Below, one piece after another: positions 1-12,404 of a DNA stretch of 64,000 nt. The DNA comes from Bigelowiella natans CCMP2755. Its lineage: Eukaryota; Protista; Cercozoa. The notes under the pieces are model-generated. The model was not told where the DNA came from. It did not search any database and worked only from the letters and a program-made list of their open reading frames with translations. The position numbers and the translations under genes were made by a program. The DNA lies in the NCBI GenBank assembly GCA_000320545.1, contig ADNK01000090.1, forward strand, positions 28,692-92,691. Direction: 5' to 3'. Position 1 is the first letter of the stretch; every line of letters starts with the position of its first letter.

Positions 1-68
1 AATTCTTGAGTGATTTATATCGACCCAAAACTGTCGCTCCCCGATAAGCTTGGCTGCCCCATCGCGCG

Positions 69-2617
69 ATGGTGGAGCCCGGCCGCACCTTGACCAGTCG
101 AAAGCCGTTGTTATTATCGAGCTTTTCATTGTGTCTCATCGTCCTCGCCTTGACTGTAGTGAGATACGCCGTCCCCCAAGGCACTCTAGGTTTGTATGTC
201 CTGTGTGCGGAACATAGTTTCGCGTTGCTGAAAAACTCCTTCACGCCGCACGGGTATTCACAGGTGCTGGTGCAATTGCAGGGCGTATAACCGCTTCCAT
301 TCGTGATCCACTACGAATATTCGGAGAGACAACGACGCTTGGGCGTTCGGGGATCACGACAGCGTTCGCGACCACTCAGATGCGTCTCTTGCAACGGAGG
401 TAGCGACGAGCACGTTTGTTTCGTGAAACCCGTCCCTTCCATGGTATGTCTGATACGCTGTCCGCCTCTTTTCTTGTTTTGGATACGCAACAGTAATAAG
501 CTCTCAACGAGACAACGAGGACGTCGAATGGTATAGAGCATTGTCATCATCATCCTGATCAGCATCGTTAGTTAGCATATCGGCGCTCATCATCACCATT
601 ATTGTTTATCGGTGTCATCATCATCATCATCATCATCATTATCCAAATGTAAGATAACGTACTAGAGACACTTATGCATTTGAATGATGGAACAAAATCG
701 CCTTGAGTTCACTTAATTCTGAGTCATACAGCGCTGTAGCCCGCTGGATGATACGCATCTAAGATTATTCGAGTGGCGTCGTACTTACTTTCGGATTGTC
801 TCCTCAGGGCTTGAGGCCGGCCTATTCTTCATCGTCTTACACAGTAGAAGAGCTACCAGACGGCTCAAGAATCTATCGATTCGACGGCAATTCAGTCCAA
901 AACGAGCGTGTCAAGGTGGGCCATCAGCGTTCCCGGCAGCAACAGCAAAGCTTATCAGACAGCAGGCAATCTGCACCCAAGCCGTCACCGCCCTCGCGCG
1001 CTCCGTCGAAAACTGTAGCAACTGTGGGAGCGGAGGCCACCACAAATATGCGGGAAGACCTACGCAATGAAGAAAATGGCGAGGGCCTTGGCACGAAGAG
1101 AGGCGCACCGGAATCCGATGCAGAGGACGCTATGATGTATAGATTTCAGCCTCAGTCGGGATTTGAAACCCCACTTGAAGCTACTCCAGTGATAGGGAAG
1201 AGCGGACGGAAGAAGAGCCCCGGTATACAATCAACCCATCCCCCCCCCCTTTAGAAAACAGGAAACCGTAGCAACAAAAGCTCCACCGATGATCTCGAAT
1301 TAAAAAAAACACCGGACTAAGAACAGTTTTATTTTTTATGTACATATCTTTCAAGAGGAAAAGTGTAAAGTCCCTCCCCTCCTCCCCCCCTCCACCCTCT
1401 AACAGTTCGGTCATGTCCACAAAGTGCAATATTAACCCTGATCAACCATTTCTGTATCTCCCCCCACCCCCCTCTCTCTCTTGCACTTGCATCCTCCCCC
1501 TTCGCAGATAGTGACGAGCAAGAGGTCTCAGACAGTGAAGCTACTCCGCCAGCGGCAGCTATCGCAGGCGTTCAGTCCGCTGGAAACGCTGAGGTAGCAG
1601 ATGCAGCGGCAACGAGAATATAACAACAACAACGACAACAACAACAACGAAGATTACTACTTTTCCTCATGTTTACGGATTAAAAGACTCATGATGGCGG
1701 GTTCCATTCCCCCCATCCCCCCCACCCCCCCCTCTCCCTCCAAACCTCTCCTTAGGCGTTTCGGAAGACCGTTTTAGATTGGCTCCAAGGTAAGTGTGTA
1801 AAAAGTATTACAACGACAGATTTTCTTTCCTTCAGAGCTGCCGCTGTGTCTACTCTAGACAAAGCATGTATTGTAATGTAAATGAGGGCCTTGCCCCGCT
1901 CCCCCCCCCCCCCCCTCTCCACACACCCAACTCGTTCCTTCGTCCTTCTCCACTGTTTCATCACAGAACGGATCGATAACATTGAGGATGAGAACCCGAC
2001 GGGCGCGTTTGCAGCACGAACTGTGAGTGCGACATGTATGCATGCAAGAGTAGAACGGAGTGATTGATGGAAACGGGCTACGACGCGATGGGCTTTGCTG
2101 TTTTACGATCGATACAGAAACAACCTCCTGCATTGAGTCGTACAGAGTGGAAATATGGCAGAGATTTTATCATTTTCCTATTTGCAAAAGAAAGCGACTC
2201 ATTTTTAAGATTTGCTAGCGCGCAATCTCGCCACTCCGTGGTTTTTCTTCTTGCTATTCTTATTGTTCTCCTACCCTTTTCCCCGCCCTCCCTTCCTCCA
2301 TCCCTCCCTCTGCTTCTCCCTCTTCGAGGTGCTCAAATGGGCGACTAGTCCGGAGGAGGTAGACCAAGGAATAACTGAGAGTGTTTAGCTATTATTACAA
2401 CTACTGTATGAATGAATACTGATGACGATGATGGTGACGACGACGATGGTGGTGGTGACGATGGTTATAATGATAATAATGCTGCTGCCTATAGAGGTTT
2501 CTGGAGGCCATCTACAAATGCATACAGTCATTGATTGCGTCTGGTTGTTGTTCTTAGGTCATCCGAGCCGCCCAGGGCGTCATAGACAAGGCAAAAATAA
2601 TAATACACGTGCCAACA

Positions 2618-2662
<45 letters not shown>

Positions 2663-3024
2663 ATTATGTGAGTGTGTGCGTGTGTGTGTGTGTGTGTGTG
2701 CGCGCACCCTCCCAAGTGGGAGGAGGTTGAGGAATTACTGTCGCCCTGGCTTCAGCCCTTCCCCGCCCCATTGGAAAGTGTCAGGTTCGAAGCGATAGCT
2801 ATACTATCCACATGCGTCGGAGAGGGGAGGAGGGGGGGGGGGGCAACATCCTCCGACATCGAAGGACAAGATTCTTAGAGTTCATGATTACATAAATGCT
2901 ACTGGTAGGAGCCCAACAGATCTCGCAGGGCCAGATTCGAGATTCGTCCGCGTTTTGGGATTGAAACTTCACTACATCCAGGCCTTTCCGCGCACTGCTG
3001 CATCTAGGTTGGATGACCTGTACG

Positions 3025-3104
<80 letters not shown>

Positions 3105-3511
3105 GGGGGTAGGGGGGTAGAGGGAGAAGACATTTCGAGTCTCTTCCTACAATTCAGATTTCCCCCCACGACTTGCTCACTGATGGTGTGTTCGTTTCCC
3201 ACAAACCCGCTGCGATCGCAGGCCTAAAGCTCCAACCCTGGTGCTGATGCATGGGTCGTCTCACTCTGCGCACAACCCACACCGTGCTTGAAACAACGAA
3301 AACCACGCGCGCCACACAATAAGCAACACAGTAGACATAACGAAGGGCAAGGCCGCCTTTAAGAGCCTGTGAGCGCCATTCGTAAAGCCTCCTCTGGGGC
3401 GGCGTGGCTTAGAACAGGAAAACCGTGCATGTTTACTGTGCTTCATCAATTCTTTCGGGGTGGTTGCTGCTCAAATCCGACATTGCAACGCCACTTCCCC
3501 CCTCCTCCCCT

Positions 3512-3557
<46 letters not shown>

Positions 3558-3658
3558 CTGACGTATTATTTTTCGGTTGTTGTCCAGGTTCAATGGGTGC
3601 ACATTCAGCTGGCGGCATGTGATGCAGGAACTCGGTCTCTCTCCCCCCCTCTCTCTCC

Positions 3659-3715
<57 letters not shown>

Positions 3716-4047
3716 TTTGCTAGTACCGATCATCTAAGCAAGATGAACGCGATGATGATACGAGAAATGCTGTTCCCCCCCCCTCTGATTATTTTCTTCA
3801 TTCCACCACGGTTCTTGATGAGAGCGTACGCTTCTTCTCTACTCAGCTGATGCCGTTGGGGGCAGAGTCATCGCGTTTGACAGGCCTCCATTCGGTCTTT
3901 CCGAGCGCCCAACGCAATGGAACGGGTACTTTATTTTTCTTAAAAAAAAAAAAAGTCGCTTCGTTGTTGCCCTTATTGGGACGGTAGAGAAGTAGGCTGT
4001 TTGCCTAGAACGTCGTAGCAATAGGAAGCGGGATCATAGAGTGTGTG

Positions 4048-4113
<66 letters not shown>

Positions 4114-4404
4114 TGTGATTATGCGAGAGAAAGGGGTACGAAACTTGTGAGTCTTATGTTGATTGTGTTATCGTCGATAGTAACATCATCACCATCATAT
4201 CATCACCACCACCATCATCATCATCATCATTATCTTCTTCATCATTAATTGTCATTATCATCATCGTTATCATCATAATTTCAGTGGGATCGAAAACAGT
4301 CCTTACTCTGCTGCGGCTGGGGTAAGGCAACATGCACTCGTATGCGTGAAGAGATGTAGAAATCGATACAACTTTCCAACACACACACACACACACACAC
4401 ACAC

Positions 4405-4447
<43 letters not shown>

Positions 4448-4775
4448 TAATCCTCCGCCCCCACCCCCACTCCCTCTCTCCTTCTTCTCTAGGTAAATCT
4501 TACGACTGCTCTCACAAGAGCTTTGGGCCTTGGAAAGTAGTATCAATGCGAGCAGACAAGCTCATTATATTCATTATACGAAACCTGAAGCCAGTCCTTC
4601 CTTTTTGTTACAGATACGTGCTCGTAGGGCACAGTGCGGGAGCTCCGATCGCAGCAACTGCGGCCACTCAATCTGATAGATGCCAAGGTTTCTTTCATCA
4701 CATATGTTCGCATCATGCGTACTACGATGTATATGCGCCAAGGAAATGCCTTGATATGTATGTATTACTCTCTCT

Positions 4776-4827
<52 letters not shown>

Positions 4828-5501
4828 CTCTTTCGCACTCGTCCGAATGCTACCTCAGGGCTAGTCCTCGTCGCACCTGCGGTGTCATTGCCGAAGGATT
4901 GGGATAAGAAGAAGGACGCGGACGGCTCGTCGTCGTTGTCTTCAACCGATGGTAATGTAATGATGGTGCTTGTGATGTGTGTGTGTGTGTGTGCGTGGCG
5001 TTTATTACGCTCTTACTACTGCTCAGTTGCACTATGATGATAACGGTATTGTCTGCTAGTATTTACTCTTTTGGGTACGGCGTCTTTAAACAACAAAACA
5101 ACGTCGGCTAGAACTTTTCTTAACCCCCTCCCCCCCTTTCCTCCCTTCTCCGCCCCTTCAGATCGCGGTAATTCATCGAAGCAGTGGCCTGTGCCCGTCG
5201 ATAACTTCAACACCATCCTGCGTATCGCTTATACAGGAGCTGTTATCAGGGTGCGATCTCTTTAAGACGAAATCATATTTGTCGTTTCTAAATGTTCTCC
5301 TTTGCCCCCCCTCCTCCTCCTTCCCCTTCCTTCCCGTCCTTGCATCTGAAGGTACCTGGGGTGGGGATTAGCTATGTTCGTGCCTCCACCGAGAAGCAAG
5401 CGAAGGAGCTGCGAGAAAAGGGTAGAAGTTGGCATTGCCAGATCTAACAATACAGCAGCGTGTGTTTCCTGTGTGTGCCCTGGCCTTGTTATATGTAAGC
5501 A

Positions 5502-5542
<41 letters not shown>

Positions 5543-7078
5543 TCATGTAGAAAGGCCACTTGCTTCTTCTACTGACTAGTGCTGCTCCTCCTCCCCTCCC
5601 TCCCCCCCCCTCTTCATGTTCATCCTCTTCCCACGCCTACCGCCTCTGCCTTGCGTAGGGGTCGATTACCCGTGCCCTTACGACGACTCACCGATCACAG
5701 TCGCCGAGGGCTACCTGAAGCCGCTCGATTCCTCTAACTGGTTGCTCGAGCACACGAGACTTTCCGAGCATAAGAAGAGATGATGATGATGACGATGATG
5801 ATAATGATGGTGATGATGTGAAAGAAGAGGAGGAGGAGAAGGAAGAAGAAGAAGAAGAAGAAGAAGGGAACAACTCTCTCACCTCGCATAATACTACAGG
5901 GATGTTGGCGTTCTGGAGCACTACAAGGCGTTGCTGAATGAAGGTCAGTGCGCGCGCACGGAATTGTGACGATATTAAGAAAACAGCATTGAGGACTTAA
6001 ACAGACACCCCTGCTTATTGATTAACGATAACAGGGGGGCTACTTGCTCCTGGACCGTCGCGCGAGGAGCTTCCAAAGAAAGTACTTATCATCCAGGTAA
6101 TTACGATGCTCAGATGGCATGGTGATTGAAGCAGAGGAAGAGCATTGTTGTCTCGCGCTAGAGGAGGGGGGGGGGAGAGGGGGAGGGGGTAAAGGGATAC
6201 TCAGGCGATGATATTCTTGTTTTCCTGCGTATGTTCATCGCACAGGGAGAGACAGACCCAACGGTTCCTGCGTGGGTAATGAAATTGAGGGAGTAGAGAA
6301 AGACTCGAGCGGGGGGGAGGAGGAGAATGGCGATCGACACTTGGAGATGTTTCCCACGATAGATATTTGGACGTTATGGCTTTCAACATGCGAAAGCATA
6401 CCTCTTCCATCAACCAGATGAGAATCACGAACAGCCCCTTCCCTCCTCCCCCCTCCCACACTAGACAAAGACGATTCTGAGAGAGACTTTCCCTTCTAAG
6501 AATCTTGACTCACTCCTCGTCTGTTTTTCATTTTGATATTAGGTGGCAAGAGCATATGCAGATGCGCAGGTATTCCACCATCCAATTCTAGTTCCCAATG
6601 TTTGAGATTCTGTTCTCGCTCTTTCCTTCTTTAATCAACACTAGTCGAATCTTCACTCTTGTTGTGAATTTGACGGATATTGACGAGCCATTTCCGAAAA
6701 TCATCACGGATCTTCACGATTCTATGGTGTATTTATTGCGTATCAAATTTTTGCACGGAAGAGGTGTGTTTCCGCTGTCGGCTCTGACAGTCGCCTATCT
6801 ACCTATTATTTTAGGGAGGATTTGACAATGGAATGATTTATGAAGAGTATAAAAGTGAGCCGCAAGTAGAGGCACGCCGAATGACGATATGAGTTCTGCA
6901 AATGCCGCACGCGTGACGTTACATGATGCAGTTTCTCCTCTTTTTGTAAATTTTGCGTAATACGTCGCCACAAAATTGATCTGGGCAACTTCTACTCACA
7001 GACATAGGACATCTACCGATGGAGCAAGCTCCTGCAGAATTTGTCAAGTCTATTAAACAATACTGCGATGGGATTTAG
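69..7078 (+). CDS. Multi-exon alpha/beta hydrolase (ABHD family, plant At1g15490-like) with predicted bipartite (signal + transit-like) leader
   Basis: Spliced exons give PKAPTLVLMHG|FNGCTFSWR (intron ~3255-3587), RVIAFDRPPFGLSERP (~3860-3915), nucleophile elbow VLVGHSAG (GHSAG 4627-4641), GLVLVAPAV, EGYLKPLDSSNW, KVLIIQ, and C-terminal IGHLPMEQAPAEFVKSIKQYCDGI* (stop 7076-7078). The link to the N-terminal exons (69-2870) comes from plausible GT-AG joins and is less certain than the hydrolase core. Confidence 0.8.
3033..3098. repeat. Compound (AT)n(AG)n microsatellite, representative of the many intronic microsatellites in the window
   Basis: Read directly; similar tracts at ~4050-4090, 4380-4445, 24985-25150, 29690-29790, 48185-48258 and elsewhere. 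Confidence 0.95.
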
Positions 7079-8477
7079 GCCCTTTCGTCACAATCGTAGC
7101 ATTCGCTCACATGCGAGAAGTTAAAAGCAGCGATTAGTTTGGCAAAATATGTGATGTGTACAGATCTAGAGATGTCACAAGTGATGACACCCATTGAAGA
7201 CTTGGAGTACCTCGATGTGAGGAACGAAACAGTCGTTGGCCCGCCTAAAATTCTCATGCAACAATGGCATGCACTCACAAATGGGACACAAATGCAGACT
7301 CTGTGACACACACACACACACACACACACATGCATGCATGCATGCATGCATGTTCATTCACATGTGCACGTGTCACGCATTGCAAGTGCGATGTGCTTAC
7401 TGAGTTCATGCATCGCAGACTTGTCAACTTGGCTCTTGAGAAACACAGACCTCCAAGCCATGCAATGGCCATCGACATCACTGGCGGTGAACATTGTCAT
7501 GATGCCACTGAAGACACACGTGCAATGTGTGCACACAATTCATGCATGCATGCACACACATGTGCATCATGTGCATGTGCAGTGCATGTGTTCACACAAC
7601 ATGCATGATGTGTTTTGTCCATTCCAGCATTGCTGCCTCAATTTCCAATTTGCTGTCTAGCCGTGCTTCTGTCTAGCCATGTGATCGACATGACGGACTG
7701 CAGTTTGCTGGATACGATGATGGAATTTCTGTGCAACCTGTCCACACGTCGCCTGCTGATGACCCAGTGATGCGCGAGCACATGCGTTCGCTGCGATGCA
7801 GCAATGCAGAGTCGTCATGGCACACTGGTCGGCACGTTCAGACGACACATGCAAGCTTCCTTGCTAGCTTGGTCCACAAAACTTTGCATGCCAAATGCAG
7901 CATGGCTAGATGGCCAAGATCAAACTGTGTCAATGAGTCACCAGCTCGTGTGTGCAAGTGTCTCGATCAAAGTGCGTTTGAAAGGAAACACACACGTTGA
8001 CAAGGCTTTGCGCACCTGCAGCAGCGCGCGCTGCTGCGTGTACCACCTAGCAAACAAAGCCTCAACGATCTCTTGCGTGCCCTGCAGTCACCAGCGAGGC
8101 GAGAGTCACAGATTTGATGTTGTTGGTGCGATGAGCATCGTCCAATGGCAGACTTGCTTCACGCCAATGCACGTGACATGAGTGAATGAAGGAATGAAAA
8201 GTGGCAATGTGCAAGTGAGAACAATGAGAACAATGATGAAAAACTGCATTTCCAAAGTGTGATGAGACACTTGCAATCACAACATGCGAAATGCAGTGCC
8301 TCGAACTGGCTCCAGTGAGCATCTCACGCTGCCTCCTTCCCGTTTCGGTTTAGTTCGAAGGAAATCCGTGAAATGGCATCGAATTCCAATATTTTATACG
8401 AAGATTTCATGTCGTACTTATTAAACAGAACTAGCATTCTTGTGACACGTCGACGCCCATGATGAATACATGAATGG

Positions 8478-9651
8478 ATGAGGCTGTTGTCAATGAGGTT
8501 CTCCAGAATAGGATGCATTCTAGCCGTCCTCCTTGTTGCCTGTGGCAAGACTGAGGGGCGATCGGTGAGAAGTCTTGAGCGACTTCGAGCTGGCTATTCA
8601 AGCACCCATCGACTTGCAAGAAACGCCGGCCCAGTGCAATCTCGGGTCCCGACCCTTTCGTTTTCATTTGTTCGCAATGAGCACGTTGCAAAACATGGAG
8701 TAGCCTGCCCAAATCTATATGATTAGAATATCTTTTCTCCCTCCTCCTCTTCCCTTCTATGGATCTCAGTGCTGCTGATACTTCGATGAACGAGCTGACT
8801 CTTCTTTTGCACAGATGCCAACCAGGGCAGCTCAAAGCAGGGCGGTTAGAGCGGCACCATGCACAGCAGCAGCGGCAACAACGGGAAGAATGACATCGAT
8901 ACAGACGTCAAAAGCTCAACGATCAAGCGGCGTGATTAAGCGTGTCCTTGTTTTTGGCGGAACGGTTGGCACTTGTCATATGTGTTTCGTAGCTTCCGAA
9001 ATCATCCCTTCACCCCATTTACCCCCACTCATCAGGGTCGCGTGGGCGGCAGTACAATAGAATGGCTTCAGAAGATGGCAGTAGAGGAAGGGTTTGAACT
9101 GGAAATTGCCGTCGCAGGCCGAAATAGGTTTTTCTATTGAATGTGCAGCAGATCTCATCATGACAGTCACTCGCCGGATGCATGTTGATCAGAGGGCGAT
9201 TTGACGCTTTGCAACGGAGTATAGACGCTCAGGAAGACCTTGGTGGCCGTAGATATAACCCCCTATCCTTCCTCGAGCTTGACTTTCGTGACTCCACGGC
9301 CTTGCAGCAAATCTTTCTGCCTCGGAAATCTGCCTCTCCACCCTCCTCCTCCCCGCGATCGTCGTCTTCGCCATCAGAGCAGGCCTGGGACCTCGTCATC
9401 CACACCGCAGGCCCATTCCAGCAGAAAAAAGAGAACGAAGTCCTGAGCGCATGCCTTGAAGCCGGTGAGTATATTTGCGTAAAGAGCCCTGTTGCTTTGT
9501 TGTGCTTACTCAAGAGAGCGTCAGTACACTTTGGTGTTGCCTTTGAAATTTCCGCTTCGTTATAAGACCTTTCGAGGCCATCTTAATAGCGTTATGATAC
9601 TGCTACTACAATAGTAGTCGTAAGCTGTAGTAGTAGTAGTAGTCGTAAGCT

Positions 9652-9684
<33 letters not shown>

Positions 9685-12404
9685 TTTGTTGTTATTGTTG
9701 TGATAGATGTAGGAAGAGGAACAGCTGCGTCATAATAGCTGTCGTCATTGATGCACGACCGAACCTATCGTTTCTACTGCGAGGATATAGGATCATACAT
9801 CATCTTAAAAAGAGCCATCCCACCCTCAACACAGGCATTGCCTATGTCGACGTTTGCGACGACACAGAATTGGCGCTTTCCGCGAAGAGAAATGGGGATT
9901 CGATTGCAAAAGAAAAAGGTTAGCGGAGGGAGCCCCCCATCTTCATCATCCAACAATAAGTTACACATAGATGAAAGTGGTGGCGATGATAATGATAATG
10001 ACAATGACAATGAGAATGGTGATAATAATGATGGCACTAATGATAATAACAATTCTGATATAGTGCTGCTACTGCTGATGACGATGGCGATAGATTTGAA
10101 GAAATACACCTTTAACATCGATTTCACGCAGGAATACCTGTCTTAATCTCAACCGGAATCTGGCCGGGGGTGTCCGCTCTCATGGCTAATAAGGCCGTCC
10201 GTGCGATGGAGCGTAAGGAGGGGGCGAAACCGACGCAGATCGACATGAATTTCTTCACAGCAGGGACTGGAGGGGTACACGAACCACTTGCCTGCCAACA
10301 TTTAAGCTGCGCAAAAAAAGCCTTTGACATGACGTTCAACACCGCGTTGTGGAAGATGATCTCTCACGAGTGCGCACGGTGTATGTGATGCCCCATGACT
10401 ACTAGCCTGTGAGATATGCTTGTGTTTCTTTCTTTCACAATGGCGCAAAATGGTAGGCAGGGGCTACGATACTGAGCGCGACCTTCCTTCTCCTCTGCGA
10501 GCCGGTGCGGGTGATGGATGGAGGCCGACAACGGTAGAGAGCAAGGAATTTTTTGGGAGGGATTTCAAACGGAAGATTCTCATTGATTTCTACAACTGTT
10601 TTGAGATCTGAAATCGTCAATATCTGTAGCAAAAGGAAAGGCATGGAATGTGTCCTCCGTGGCCATCGGAGAGAAACATGTTAAACGCGCGCAGTTCTAT
10701 CCAAGAGCGTTGCAGCTAATTGGGCGATACCTGGACTAAATTAGTGTTTCCCCTCTCTACTCTCCTTGTTGGCACATTAGGACGAAGCCGCCTTGGAGCT
10801 CTAACAAAAACGTGGATTTTGGACCCCACGTTGGAATCAAACCGACGTATCTGCTCGATCAACCGGAGGTTGGTGATGAAGAGATAGGGAGAAAGAGCTG
10901 CTATCTCTAACTTCTCTATTCCTCTCCCATTTTCTGTATCCGAATTTTCTTTTTCTTCTTCACATGGGTCGAATCTATCGAGGCAGCGGCTTGAGGAAAA
11001 TAGCGCCGACTAATGTGCATCGTCGCTGTCTGTCCTCTCGTCCTCTAAACCAACTAGTAATTTTTCCACATGTCGTTGGATGGCTGTTGCAGTTTATCTT
11101 TTCTAATTAACAGGTGATAATGTGTGGGGAAAGCCTAGATGTCCCAAATGTGGAATCAAGGTGTGATGTTTGGTTGTTTTTGAATGAAACAAAACAGAGC
11201 AATATTTTCAGCCATACCGTATCATGAATACCAGACGAGAACCACAAGAATTGATACTTTTGATCTCTCTATCCTCTTTCCCTGATATCGGTTCCATTCT
11301 GACAAGGTTTGGAACAGCGCCAGGGATGTGGAACGAGCTGTTCAAAGCTATCGCGGTTCTCCCGGTAGCTCTCCACAAATTACCATTGTCTTCTTCCTTG
11401 CTTTTGCCACAAATTCTTATCATTTCTACCGTTATTACGGTCATTGTAACGAGGTTCTATTATATTATGATTTCAAGTCCTCGTTAGCAGCAGTAATAGC
11501 AACGAGAATGTACTAACCTGCATTCGTCTGAAAAATCTCCTGAAGCGGTTTGATGATGGCTGTGATGACAGGCATCGTTGCTGAGCAATAGAGACTTGAT
11601 GCAGAAATTCGCTGTTTTCTCGCTCCCAATAGTCCAGTACGACCTCCCTCCTGTCCAGTTATCTTTTTATTTTTTGTATAACCGTTATATGCGCGCAACA
11701 CGAAGTAATGCCATTCCGATGATATGACGACGGCACTGGTGTTTTGTTTACAGCAATTAGATACAAGCGCCAAAGACTTTACACAGCTATACGTCTTAAC
11801 TCCCCACTTCTATCCGCTCCTTACCCGCATATAGGATAGTAGATGCTCTAGTCGGGTCGACAAACGCAATGCGTGTGGATGCTGTCCTTGAGAAAGTACC
11901 AGAGGAAGGGGGGGAGCCCGAGCAGCGCCGTGTCTCTAGCCTGGTTGTCCATGAGAGTCTTTCCTCTTGCGTAGGACAAGCCACAGCTGCGTTTGCAATT
12001 GAGGTGCAAAGGAGAAATGAAAAGAGGACAACATTGACGACGATCATATGAATCAAAACCGCACACTTCCCTTACGAAGTCATCTTCTCCCCGCACATAT
12101 CTTTCTGAATATCGTTTTTCTCTCGCTCACAACACAGGTTCTGAGAGGACGAGTTCAGAACGGAGTCCACTTTCCGGTGGAATTGAACAACGAGAATGTG
12201 GACAACATTCTAGCAAGGTATTGGCGCATTGACTTTTGTCGCCCGTGTCGAATTACTCTTCGTTTAGAACATTTTTCCATTTACTTGCACATTATTGGAT
12301 TGTTTGTTTTGCAAGTTTCATTGCTACGTTCACATTTCACAACGTTGTGTCCAATTGTTTGTCGCAGGGTGAAGAAAGGGGCACTGACATGGCAGATCCC
12401 GTAA
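8478..12404 (+). CDS. Saccharopine dehydrogenase-like NAD(P)-dependent oxidoreductase (plant At1g50450-like), predicted plastid-targeted
   Basis: Exons give KRVLVFGGT|GRVGGS (Rossmann), IAVAGRN, DLVIHTAGPFQ, YVDVCDD, STGIWPGVS, FFTAGTGG, TILSATFLLL, VDFGP..YLLDQPE, RFGTAPGMWN, AMRVD, CVGQATAAFA, GVHFPVE, ending KKGALTWQIP*. The N-terminus is a hydrophobic signal followed by an Arg/Ser-rich stretch. One base appears to be missing at ~10460. Confidence 0.85.

Noticed and set aside
2422-4546. ORFs with poly-VC, -HT, -YI, -LS or -RE tracts here and throughout the window
   Set aside because: Translations of intronic (CA)n, (TA)n and (GA)n microsatellites.
7860-7873. 14-mer cttgctagcttggt shared with 23261-23274
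   Set aside because: Several shared 14-mers are expected by chance in 64 kb, and the flanks do not align.
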